Assembly (NCBI GenBank): GCA_965116255.1 | Contig: OZ220670.1 | Coordinates: 1,273,205-1,337,204 of the forward strand | From: Dehalococcoidia bacterium | Lineage (GTDB): Bacteria > Chloroflexota > Dehalococcoidia > Lucifugimonadales > Australimonadaceae | DNA: 64,000 nt | Direction: 5' to 3' | Shown here: piece by piece, positions 27,050 through 35,674 of the stretch | How positions within the stretch are numbered: position 1 is the first letter of the stretch | How the letters are laid out: each line of letters begins with the position of its first letter | Translations under genes and position numbers: made by a program | Notes under the pieces: model-generated | Told to the model about the DNA's origin: nothing | The model's input: the letters and a program-made list of their open reading frames with translations, nothing else | Database searches by the model: none

Positions 27050-28120
27050 GTGGTGGGCTTCGCCGTCGACCGCTTCGGTGCGCGGCGCATCATCTTTTTC
27101 AGCGCGCTCACCGTCGGGCTTGGCCTCGTTGCGCTCGGCCAGCTAACCGTAGGCATGGTTACGTTCTATATCTTCTTTATCCTGATCGCCATCGGCACAT
27201 CCGGTGTCAGCCACGCTGTGACGTGGCCGTTCATCCTCTCGCGCTGGTTCCGGCGCAAGCGGGGGCTTGCGATCGGCCTTGCCGTGCTCGGTCCGCCGGT
27301 AGGCTCCGTCCTCGTATCGCCCAATGCCGTATTCGAAGGCATGTTTGGCTGGCGCAATGTCGTCACGGGATACGGCGTTGCGCTGATGGTGCTGCTGACA
27401 CTAATGGCCTTCATCGCGCGCGACCGCCCAGAGCCCTACGGACTGCGCCCCGACGGCGACCCGCCGGAGGAGCCCGAAGACACGCCGGAGCGGCAACGGC
27501 TACGCGCGCCCCTCTCGCCGGTGCCGATGCACGAGATCGTGCGCAACCGCTCCTTCTGGCTCGCCGCAGTCTACCTCGCGGGCATGTTCATCGGAACGTC
27601 CGGCTTTCTGAACCACGAGGTGCCGTTCTTCGTGAACGACTTTGGGCTGAGCGCCGAGCGGGCGGGCGTGATGGTCACCTTGACGTTCATGCTGAGCGCA
27701 GTGGGACGCATCGGAGCGGGCGCGCTGATGGACCGCTACGACTACCGCGTGGTGATGGTGGCCTCTTCACTCTTGATGACAGGCAGCCTGGTCTACGCGC
27801 AGTTCGTTGACATGCGCACGGTCTGGCTGGGGCTGCCGATGGTGCTGTTCTTTGGCATCTCATTCGGTTCGAACATTCCGATGCGCTCGGTGCTGGGCCC
27901 GGTGATTTTCGGCAATCGCGCCGGCGCTCAGGTGATTGGGCTGTTGAACGGCAGCACGCTCGGCGCCGGGTTCATTGGCCCGCTCATGATGGGCATCCTC
28001 TTCGACTGGCAAAACAGCTACGCACTCAGCATCTGGGCGCTGGCCGTCATCTGCCTCGCCATGGCAGTGTTGCCGCTCGCCATGCGCTCCACGCGCCAGC
28101 TGGAGGCCGCGCAGGAGTAG
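27050..28120 (+). CDS. MFS transporter (OFA/MCT-like); coding signal extends upstream of this start
   Basis: This is the listed ORF, starting at GTG 27050. The same frame upstream (26867 onward) reads RIFYGWYIVAASIFSNALLTGVVFAGFGAFVIPIEQTFGWSRS, i.e. TM1 and a conserved N-terminus, but has no ATG, GTG or TTG. Confidence 0.8.
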   Translation: MVGFAVDRFGARRIIFFSALTVGLGLVALGQLTVGMVTFYIFFILIAIGTSGVSHAVTWPFILSRWFRRKRGLAIGLAVLGPPVGSVLVSPNAVFEGMFGWRNVVTGYGVALMVLLTLMAFIARDRPEPYGLRPDGDPPEEPEDTPERQRLRAPLSPVPMHEIVRNRSFWLAAVYLAGMFIGTSGFLNHEVPFFVNDFGLSAERAGVMVTLTFMLSAVGRIGAGALMDRYDYRVVMVASSLLMTGSLVYAQFVDMRTVWLGLPMVLFFGISFGSNIPMRSVLGPVIFGNRAGAQVIGLLNGSTLGAGFIGPLMMGILFDWQNSYALSIWALAVICLAMAVLPLAMRSTRQLEAAQE

Positions 28121-28478
28121 AGCAGGGCACGGGCGCCAATTCCCATTGTCAATTCTGCGAATGTTGGGCATTTCGCTGACAGGGAGCACCCACCCCTTGG
28201 TGTTCGCGGCGGTGGCGGCGACCTGCGTGACATGGCGGGGGCGTGCGCCGGAGGAGCCTTTGCGATTGATGATCCAGCTTTCTGCTTTCGCAGGAATGAC
28301 GGAGGGGAGAATGGACACGGGCGACCAGCTGCCGCCCGTACTAGCTGAGCCTTGGCGTACCCCTTACGACTTGCTCCGTCTGCTCGATCTGTGGGCGGGG
28401 TGCCCGTGCTAAACGCCTAACTCACGGTCAGTACCGCACACCTTCGCCTGTGAGGATTGTCAGGATGCTAACGCCTGG

Positions 28479-31400
28479 TTACGCATCGACGATGCGGACG
28501 ACGCCCAATCGCAGCACGGAACCGCCTATCTCCGCTTTCGTCGTGTGCGCGCTCTCCGACGGCTCCGATGCCTCCAGCGACAGGCTGAGCGTCTCCGCCT
28601 TGATGTAGTCGGCGTACTCCTTCAGCACGCTCTGCACCGCACCGTCTGCGCCGCCGACGTAGGACGCAATGCGGTCGGCGATCGCCAACCCCGCGTCGCG
28701 GCGCAGGTTCTGCAGGCGGTGGACGAGTTCGCGTGCGGCGCCCTCCTTCTCCAACGCGGGCGTGAGCACGGTGTCGACGCCGATAACGAGGCGCGCGCCC
28801 TCCTCGGACGCCATCTCCAGCCCCTGCGCATCCTCCACGCTGATGAGTACTTCGTCCGGCTCGAGCGTGAACCCGCCGACCTGCGCCGCGCGTCCTTCGC
28901 GCAGCACCGTTGCGAGCGCCGAGGGATCGGCCGACTCGATGGCCGCGCGGACGGCTGGCAAGTCGCGTCCGTAGCGCGGGCCCAGCAGCGGCAGGTTGGG
29001 ACGCACGCTGTAGCGCACCTCGCCACTTGCCGGCTCGAGTGACTTCACGTTCAGCTCGTCGACCACCTGGGCCTCGATGCCCGGCAGCAGCACCATATCG
29101 TCGGGCTGCGCTTGGACGACGATGCGGGCGAGGGGCTGGCGCACCCGGATGCCGTGCTTCGAGCGCGCCGCGCGCCCGAGCGAGGCGATACGCATCGCCA
29201 GCCGCGTCGCCCGGCCCAACCGCTCGTCCACCGATGCCGCGTCCGCATGGGGCCAGTCGGCCAGATGCACGCTTGCGGGCGCACCGGCAGGGGCGAGGTT
29301 CGCATACATCGCGTCGGCAACGAACGGGGTCATCGGCGCGGTCAGCTTCGCCAGCGTCGTCAGGCACGTGTAGAGCGTGACGTACGCCCACGCCTTGTCG
29401 TCGTCATTCTCGCTCTTCCAGAAGCGCCGCCTGCCGCGCCGCACGTACCAGTTGGACAGCACGTCGACGAAGTCCTCAATGCGCCGCGCCGCCGCCGTCG
29501 GTTCATAGTCGTCCAGCAACTCGGTAACCGCCAGCACGAGCGCGTTCAGCTCGGAGATTGCCCAGCGGTCCAGCTCGTTCGGCGGCTGTTCGGCAAGTGC
29601 AGGGTCTCCGAGCGCGGCCGCCCACAGCGACGCGTGCTCCTCCGGCACGAACCCGTCGATCGCGGCGTAGGTCGTGAAGAAGGCGTAGGTGTTCCAGAGC
29701 GTGAGGAGGTAGCGGCGCACCGACTCCTGGACTAGGTTGGCCGAGAAGCGGCGCTCCGACCCGGTGGACGCCGCCGTGTAGAGATACCAGCGCAGCGCAT
29801 CCGCCCCGTGCCGGCCGATGACCTCCCACGGATCGGCGATATTGCCGCGCGACTTCGACATCTTCTCGCCCTTCTCGTCGAGGATCAGGCCCAAGCAGAT
29901 GACGTTGCGGTAGGATGCGCGCCCGTCCACCAGCGTCGAGAGCGCGAGCAGGCTGTAGAACCAGCCGCGCGTCTGATCGACCGCCTCGCAGATGTAGTCG
30001 GCGGGATAGTAGGCGCTCTGGCGCAGCGAGTCGATGCCGTCCAGCGTCAGGCTGCCGCCGCCGGGCGCCGGCAAGGTGACGGGGTACTTCCACTGCGCGA
30101 ACGGCATCGCGCCGGAGTCAAACCATGCATCGGCTACCTCGGGCACGCGCCGCATAGGACCGCCGCACTGCGGGCACGCCAGCTCGATTCGGTCGACGAA
30201 GGGGCGGTGCAAATCGAGGTCGTCACTGAGCGCCCGTGTCTCCGCAGTCGCCATCGAGCGCAGCTCATCGAGCGAGCCGACACAGTGCTCGTGGCCACAG
30301 CCGGTGGCGGCGCAGCGCCAGATGGGCAGCGGCGTGCCCCAGTAGCGCTCGCGAGAAACCGCCCAGTCGATGTTGTTGCGCAGCCATTCGCCGAAGCGCC
30401 CCTCTTTGACGTGCTCGGGGTACCAGTTGATGGTCTGGTTGGCGGCAACCAGCTCATCCTTGCGCGCCGTGGTACGAATGTGCCACGACGCCTTGGCGTA
30501 GTAGAGCAACGGCGTGTCGCAGCGCCAGCAGAAGGGATAGGTGTGGCGCATGACGCCCCTGCTGAACAGCAGCCCGCGCGCTTCAAGGTCGGCAATGATG
30601 TCGGCGTCGGCGTCCTTGACGAACTTCCCCGCACCCGGGTAGCCGTCGCCGACCGCGCCGTGCAAGTCGACGCTGTGGCAGGTCTCCAGACCGTGGAAGC
30701 GCCCCAGCTCCGCGTCCTCGGCGCCATACGCAGGGGCCGTATGGACAAGGCCTGTACCGTCATCGACCGTCACGTAATCGGCGATGAGGACGCGGTGCAG
30801 ATTCTCTGACGCGGGCTGGCCGCCATAGGGGGCGCGGTAGCCGACGCCTGCAAGGTCGCTGCCTGGAAAGCGCGCTGTCTCGCGCCAGCCGCCGCCGAGG
30901 GCCTGCTCGACCAACGCTGCCGCAATGACGACGCGCTCCGCCGGCCCCTCGCCCATCGATTCGGCAACGACGTAGTGCTCCTGTGGCGCAGCGGCGACGG
31001 CCATGTTGGCCGTGAGCGTCCAGGGCGTCGTGGTCCACACCAGCAGAGATACACCATTTGCGCCGCCGAGTGCGCCCGCCGGGCCGTCGCTGGTCACGGG
31101 GAGGCGCACGTAGATGGAGGGGTCCGGCACGTCGTCGCGGTAGCCGAGCGCGACCTCGTGCGACGAGAGGCTGGTGACGCAGCGAGGGCAGTGAGGCGTA
31201 ACGCGAAAGCCTTCATACATGAGCCCCTGATCCCACAGGCTGCGGAAGATCCTCCAGCAACTCTCAATGTAGGCGTTGTCGTAGGTAACGTAGGCGTCGC
31301 CCATGTCGAGCCAGACGCCGGAGCGTTCGGTCAGCGCCTCCCAGTCCTTCACGTAGCGGAAGACGCTCTCACGGCACTTGCGATTGAACTCCTCGATCCC

Positions 31401-31745
31401 GTACGCCTCGATCTCCTGCTTGGACGCAAGACCCAGCTCTTTCTCAACCTCAAGCTCGACCGGAAGGCCGTGCGTGTCCCACCCTCCTCGACGGACCGGG
31501 CGATAGCCACGCATGGTGCGGTAGCGGACGATGATGTCCTTGAAAGAGCGCGCAAGCACGTGGTGGATGCCCGGGCTCCCGTTGGCCGTCGGTGGCCCCT
31601 CGTAGAAGACAAACAGCGGTGCACCCTCGCGCGCTCGTTCCGTGGCGTGGAGCGTGTCGTCGCGCCGCCAGCGCGCAAGCACCTCCTCCTCCAGCTGCGG
31701 GAAGGAGACCTGCCCCGTCACCGCCTCGAAACGCCCGTCCGCCAC
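28479..31745 (-). CDS. ileS: Isoleucine--tRNA ligase
   Basis: PTANGSPGIHH (HIGH) and KMSKSRGN motifs plus an editing domain. GTG at 31745 is preceded by GAAGGAG with 6-nt spacing. Confidence 0.95.
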   Translation of the reverse strand: MADGRFEAVTGQVSFPQLEEEVLARWRRDDTLHATERAREGAPLFVFYEGPPTANGSPGIHHVLARSFKDIIVRYRTMRGYRPVRRGGWDTHGLPVELEVEKELGLASKQEIEAYGIEEFNRKCRESVFRYVKDWEALTERSGVWLDMGDAYVTYDNAYIESCWRIFRSLWDQGLMYEGFRVTPHCPRCVTSLSSHEVALGYRDDVPDPSIYVRLPVTSDGPAGALGGANGVSLLVWTTTPWTLTANMAVAAAPQEHYVVAESMGEGPAERVVIAAALVEQALGGGWRETARFPGSDLAGVGYRAPYGGQPASENLHRVLIADYVTVDDGTGLVHTAPAYGAEDAELGRFHGLETCHSVDLHGAVGDGYPGAGKFVKDADADIIADLEARGLLFSRGVMRHTYPFCWRCDTPLLYYAKASWHIRTTARKDELVAANQTINWYPEHVKEGRFGEWLRNNIDWAVSRERYWGTPLPIWRCAATGCGHEHCVGSLDELRSMATAETRALSDDLDLHRPFVDRIELACPQCGGPMRRVPEVADAWFDSGAMPFAQWKYPVTLPAPGGGSLTLDGIDSLRQSAYYPADYICEAVDQTRGWFYSLLALSTLVDGRASYRNVICLGLILDEKGEKMSKSRGNIADPWEVIGRHGADALRWYLYTAASTGSERRFSANLVQESVRRYLLTLWNTYAFFTTYAAIDGFVPEEHASLWAAALGDPALAEQPPNELDRWAISELNALVLAVTELLDDYEPTAAARRIEDFVDVLSNWYVRRGRRRFWKSENDDDKAWAYVTLYTCLTTLAKLTAPMTPFVADAMYANLAPAGAPASVHLADWPHADAASVDERLGRATRLAMRIASLGRAARSKHGIRVRQPLARIVVQAQPDDMVLLPGIEAQVVDELNVKSLEPASGEVRYSVRPNLPLLGPRYGRDLPAVRAAIESADPSALATVLREGRAAQVGGFTLEPDEVLISVEDAQGLEMASEEGARLVIGVDTVLTPALEKEGAARELVHRLQNLRRDAGLAIADRIASYVGGADGAVQSVLKEYADYIKAETLSLSLEASEPSESAHTTKAEIGGSVLRLGVVRIVDA

Positions 31746-32039
31746 TCGCAACTCCTTCGCTGCACAAAAGAAACCCGCCCCTCGGTAAGGGACGGGCAAG
31801 ACCCGCGGTACCACCCTTGTTCCCCGGCGATTGCCAGGGCGCTCGTCAGGGCGCCATCACGCCCCTGCCGGGATAACGGGCGGCCTGCCCGGCCACGTCT
31901 ACTCACCTCTCTCCGCTGGGGAGGGCTTTCGGGTGACGGCTCGGGAGAGATATTCCGCGCACCGCAGCGTACCGGCTCACACCATGCCCGGCTCGCTTGC
32001 CGCCGCGTATCGCGCGTACTCGGCTCCGTCGTCGCCGTT
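31746..32039 (-). promoter_or_regulatory. T-box riboswitch leader of ileS
   Basis: Canonical T-box sequence AAGGGUGGUACCGCGGG (motif 31804-31816). Antiterminator: A1 AAGGG/CCCUU, bulge UGGUACC, A2 CGGG/CCCG. Stem I-like elements: AGUA, AGCGA bulge, GGUGUGA distal loop, then GAAUAUCU carrying an AUC at 31949-31951. Confidence 0.85.
31766..31796 (-). terminator. Intrinsic terminator of the T-box leader
   Basis: Minus strand reads CCCGUCCC-UUACCGA-GGGGCGGG followed by UUUCUUUU. Its 5' arm overlaps the 3' arm of the antiterminator. Confidence 0.8.
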
Positions 32040-32045
32040 GCGCAC

Positions 32046-32075
32046 ACTGTAGCACCGCATCGTCGTGCGGTGCAA
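32046..32075 (-). promoter_or_regulatory. Candidate promoter of the ileS T-box leader
   Basis: Minus strand TTGCAC (32070-32075), 18-nt spacer, TGcTACAGT (-10 box at 32046-32051). Confidence 0.5.
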
Positions 32076-32089
32076 GCGGGAGAGGCGCT

Positions 32090-32119
32090 TTGACACCCTG
32101 AGCCGGCCGTGCGTATACT
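32090..32119 (+). promoter_or_regulatory. Candidate rpmH operon promoter (back-to-back with the ileS promoter)
   Basis: TTGACA (32090-32095), 18-nt spacer, TATACT (32114-32119). Confidence 0.55.
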
Positions 32120-32162
32120 GGCCTGCGGAAATTGGCCGCACTCTTGCACCTATCCCTCAACT

Positions 32163-32300
32163 ATGCCGAAGCGTACCTGGCAACCAAAGAAGCGCCGTCG
32201 CGCCCGTGTTCACGGGTTCCGTGGCCGGATGCGCTCGCCCGGCGGGCGCAGAGTGCTGAGTCGGCGGCGCCTGAAGGGGCGTCACGCGCTGGCGGTCTGA
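32163..32300 (+). CDS. rpmH: 50S ribosomal protein L34
   Basis: [45 protein letters not shown]. Confidence 0.97.
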   Translation: MPKRTWQPKKRRRARVHGFRGRMRSPGGRRVLSRRRLKGRHALAV

Positions 32301-32317
32301 CGCGGCCGCGACCGCCC

Positions 32318-32698
32318 ATGGCGCAGGAGTCGCTGTCCCGTGAGCGCCGGTTGCGGCGCAGGGCAGACTTCGAATCCCTTCGCGAAAGCGGCACATCTCG
32401 CGCCCATCCCTGTATCATCATGCGGGTCGCGCCGAACGAGCTGCCCTACCCGCGATTCGGATTCATCATCGGCAAGCGCGTGTCGAAGAGAGCGGTCGCG
32501 CGCAATCGCGTCCGAAGACGCCTTCGTGAGGCTGCGCGGCGCGCACCCGTACATCCCGGTTGGGACGTGCTGCTGATAGCGCGCCCCGCAGCGCTTGATG
32601 CGTCGTACACTACGCTGCGCGCGGCGTTGCTGGAGTTGGGGCGTAGGTGCGGCGTCATCGGTGCGGCGCGAACCGAGGAGAAGGCGGTGCGGGAATGA
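32318..32698 (+). CDS. rnpA: Ribonuclease P protein component
   Basis: Position immediately after rpmH, basic 126-aa protein, [11 protein letters not shown]...[24 protein letters not shown]. Confidence 0.9.
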   Translation: MAQESLSRERRLRRRADFESLRESGTSRAHPCIIMRVAPNELPYPRFGFIIGKRVSKRAVARNRVRRRLREAARRAPVHPGWDVLLIARPAALDASYTTLRAALLELGRRCGVIGAARTEEKAVRE

Positions 32699-32907
32699 TC
32701 GGCACGCTCATGGTGAGGCTCATCGTGGTCTACCAGCACTCGCTCTCGAGCGTGTGGCCTGGCGCGTGCCGCTTCCAGCCCACGTGCTCCCACTATGCGC
32801 ACGAGGCGGTCGAGCGGCATGGCGCGATACGCGGAAGTCTGTTCGCGCTGCGGCGCCTCGCGCGCTGCCACCCGTGGGGTGGGCAGGGCTACGACCCTGT
32901 GCCATAG
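32695..32907 (+). CDS. yidD: Membrane protein insertion efficiency factor YidD
   Basis: [31 protein letters not shown]...[13 protein letters not shown] overlap with rnpA. Confidence 0.92.
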   Translation: MIGTLMVRLIVVYQHSLSSVWPGACRFQPTCSHYAHEAVERHGAIRGSLFALRRLARCHPWGGQGYDPVP

Positions 32908-32913
32908 AAGCAA

Positions 32914-34128
32914 ATGACCCAGGCTCCGCTGCGGCGAAGTCGTAAAGGACGGTACGTGAGAGGGGAAGGCACCCTGCCTGCGGGGGCAGCCGGATGGCGC
33001 GGCGTTGGGGCTGCGGCGCTGGCGGTTGCGCTGCTCGTGGCCACCGGTTGCGTCGGTGCGCGCACCGCGCCGTCGCAGTCATGGTCGGGCGTCACGGTCG
33101 CTGACGGCATGGCCTACGTCGGTACACGCCAGGGCGACCTCGTCGCGCTCGACCTTGAACGACAGGGGCGCATCGTCAGCTCGTTCCAAGCGCCTGCGGC
33201 AGGGCGGACCGACGCCTTCCCTGGCTTCTACAGTGCGCCGACGGTGGTAGGGGATGTGGTGTACGCCGCCGGATTCGACGGCACGGTCTACGCGCTCGAT
33301 GCCGCCCAATTGCAGACAGTCGAAAACCGAGCAAACATCACGGGCGATGAGCTCAGTGAGCACCTCGTCGGCTCCGTCGTCGTCTCGAACGGGCGCCTGA
33401 TCGTGGGAGCACAGGAGACGGCGGACACAGGCCGCCTGTACGTCTTCGACGAGGATTTGCGCGAGATCTGCACCTTCCCCGCGCCGGGCGCCGCACCCAT
33501 CGGCCCGGTGTGGACGACGCCCGCAGTCGTGAACGGCGTGGCCTACTTCGGCGATCTTGCCCGCGGCCTCTACGCCATCGACGTGGCGACGTGCGGGGCG
33601 CTGTGGCCCAAGCCTGCTGACCTGGGAGGGGGCATTGTCGCGACACCCCTCATCATCGGCAACACCGCCTACCTAGGCACATTCGGGCGCACCTTCTACG
33701 CCGTCAACCTGGAGACTGGAACGCCAACGGCGCTGTTCAACGCCGACAACTGGTTCTGGGCATCGGCGGCGACGGACGGCACACGCATTTTTGCGCCGTC
33801 GCTCGACGGGCGTCTGTACGCAATGGACTTGGAGACGCGGTCGATCGCGTGGATCTACCCGCGCCAGGAGGACATCGGCCCCATCATTTCCGCGCCCGTG
33901 GTCGTTGGCGACTTCGTGGTCGTGGCCTCCGACGACGAAAACCTCGTCGTACTGGAGTCGGACTCGGGGCAGCGGACGTGGGACCAGCGGGTCGGCGCCC
34001 GTGTGCGTGCGCCGCTGGCCGCCGACGGCAACGTCGTATTCGTCCACGGACTCGATGAGCGCGTGCGCGCCTACGACGTGGTGGAACGCGACTTCCTCTG
34101 GGAGCGCGACGTGAGAGAGGGCAGGTAG
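32914..34128 (+). CDS. PQQ-like (BamB/YfgL-like) beta-propeller repeat lipoprotein
   Basis: Signal peptide with lipobox VATGC. Repeated units of the type G.VYA....G.LYALD and DG.VF. 6-nt gaps to both yidD and yidC. Confidence 0.75.
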   Translation: MTQAPLRRSRKGRYVRGEGTLPAGAAGWRGVGAAALAVALLVATGCVGARTAPSQSWSGVTVADGMAYVGTRQGDLVALDLERQGRIVSSFQAPAAGRTDAFPGFYSAPTVVGDVVYAAGFDGTVYALDAAQLQTVENRANITGDELSEHLVGSVVVSNGRLIVGAQETADTGRLYVFDEDLREICTFPAPGAAPIGPVWTTPAVVNGVAYFGDLARGLYAIDVATCGALWPKPADLGGGIVATPLIIGNTAYLGTFGRTFYAVNLETGTPTALFNADNWFWASAATDGTRIFAPSLDGRLYAMDLETRSIAWIYPRQEDIGPIISAPVVVGDFVVVASDDENLVVLESDSGQRTWDQRVGARVRAPLAADGNVVFVHGLDERVRAYDVVERDFLWERDVREGR

Positions 34129-34134
34129 CGGCGC

Positions 34135-35079
34135 ATGGAGTTTCTCGGGCTGCTCTGGAACGAGATCGTCACCAAGCCGATGACGAACAGCCTGATGCTG
34201 CTGTACGTCTTGCTGTTCAGCAACCTCGGCATCGCCATCATCGCCTTCACGCTGCTGGTGCGAGGCGCGACCTATCCGCTGATAGTGCGACAGACGCGCC
34301 AGATGCGCAAGCTGCAATCGCTCCAACCACGGATGCGCGAGTTGCAGGAGCGTTACAAGAATGACCCGCAGCGCCGGGGGCAGGAGATGATGAAGCTGTA
34401 CCGCGAGATGGGGGTAAACCCCGTCGGGTGCCTTGGGCCGCTCGTCATCCAGATGCCGATATTCATCGGGCTGTTCTGGGCAATCAACAACGTGCTGCCC
34501 TTTACGCCGGAAAACCTTGCGGGGCTGTCGGACAAGCTCTACTCGTGGCTGCCGATGCTCGACGCAGCCGTGCCGGTCAGCCGCGAGTTCCTGGGGATGG
34601 ACCTGGCGATCGAGCCGGCGCGCGATCGCAACGTGCTGGGGCTGGCACTTGTGGCGCTCTCCGGCATAACCATGTTCGTGCAGCAGAAGATGATTCAGGT
34701 GCGCTCGGCGGACCCGGCGCAGCAGTCGACGCAGCGGATGATGACCTTCATGTTCCCCGTCATGTTCGGGGTTTTCAGCCTGTTCTTTCCCGGCGGACTG
34801 GTCATCTACTGGGTCGTGTCCAACATCGTCGGCATCGTGATCCAGGGGTTTGTGACGGGATGGGGCAGCCTGCGCTCAGTGCTGCCGGGTGGCGGAGAGC
34901 GCGCTCCAGCGCCGACAACTGTTACCACTACCGCCACAGTGGCTCCTGAGTTCGAGGAGGCGTTCAAGGATGGAGAACGAGAGCATCGTGGTCTCGGGGA
35001 GGACGTTGGACGAGGCGATCGAGCTGGCAGCCATCGAACTCGGCGTCGGCCGCGGCGAACTCGCCGTCGACGTCATTAG
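34135..35079 (+). CDS. yidC: Membrane protein insertase YidC (short, monoderm type)
   Basis: IAIIAFTLLVRGATYPL...QPRMRELQERYKNDPQRRGQEMMKLYREMGVNP. Highly basic C-terminal tail. The last 110 nt overlap jag. Confidence 0.9.
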   Translation: MEFLGLLWNEIVTKPMTNSLMLLYVLLFSNLGIAIIAFTLLVRGATYPLIVRQTRQMRKLQSLQPRMRELQERYKNDPQRRGQEMMKLYREMGVNPVGCLGPLVIQMPIFIGLFWAINNVLPFTPENLAGLSDKLYSWLPMLDAAVPVSREFLGMDLAIEPARDRNVLGLALVALSGITMFVQQKMIQVRSADPAQQSTQRMMTFMFPVMFGVFSLFFPGGLVIYWVVSNIVGIVIQGFVTGWGSLRSVLPGGGERAPAPTTVTTTATVAPEFEEAFKDGEREHRGLGEDVGRGDRAGSHRTRRRPRRTRRRRH

Positions 35080-35656
35080 CAGAGGCCGCACAGGGATACT
35101 GGGCATCGGAGCTGAGCCGGCGCAGGTGCGCGCACGCCGCATTGAGGGCGACGGCGCGGCGGCGGGCAGCGGTCTTGGCATCGTCAACGACCTCTTGCGC
35201 CACCTCGAGGTCGAGGCGCGCGCCGCTATCCGCTCTGCCGGAGGCGGCCCGGACGACCCCGCCGTCATCGACGTGCAGGGCGAGGATGCGGGGCTGCTGA
35301 TAGGGCGTCGCGGGGAGACGCTGCGGGCGATGCAGCTCATCGTCAACACCGTGCTCGCGAGCCAGGAGGCCGCGCCCGTGCTAGTCGACGTCGAGCACTA
35401 CCGCGGCCGCCGCGAGGAGCAGATACGCCGCTTGGCCGACCGCGTCGCGGGCCGTGTCGCGAGTACAGGGCGACCCGTCGCACTCGACCCCATGACACCT
35501 GCCGATAGGCGCATTCTCCACATGCACTTGGCCGACAGCACGAGCGTGCAGACGGAGAGCCACGGCGAGGGTGCAGAGCGGCACATCGTGGTGACGCCCA
35601 TCGACGACCGGCCGCCGGCGCGCCAATCGCAGAGACCGCGCAGCCGCAGGGCATAG
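34970..35656 (+). CDS. jag: Jag/KhpB RNA-binding protein (Jag_N, KH, R3H)
   Basis: MENESIVVSGRTLDEAIELAAIELGV (Jag_N), GRRGETLRAMQ (KH), ALDPMTPADRRILH (R3H). Confidence 0.88.
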   Translation: MENESIVVSGRTLDEAIELAAIELGVGRGELAVDVISRGRTGILGIGAEPAQVRARRIEGDGAAAGSGLGIVNDLLRHLEVEARAAIRSAGGGPDDPAVIDVQGEDAGLLIGRRGETLRAMQLIVNTVLASQEAAPVLVDVEHYRGRREEQIRRLADRVAGRVASTGRPVALDPMTPADRRILHMHLADSTSVQTESHGEGAERHIVVTPIDDRPPARQSQRPRSRRA

Positions 35657-35674
35657 CGCCGGAGCCGCATACCG

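Noticed and set aside
28121-28478. Possible sRNA or small ORF (28146..28412) between the convergent MFS and ileS genes
   Set aside because: Only weak hairpins (TTTCTGC/GCAGGAA at about 28280, ACGGGCG/CGCCCGT at about 28316-28341) and a short AGGCGTT(T)AGC direct repeat. There is no terminator-like U-tract and no coding signal. Evidence is insufficient.
28468-32093. Long alternative-frame and antisense ORFs over ileS and its leader (28468..29391, 29808..30809, 30975..32093)
   Set aside because: High-GC artefacts. The last one runs through the T-box leader, whose RNA features explain the sequence better.
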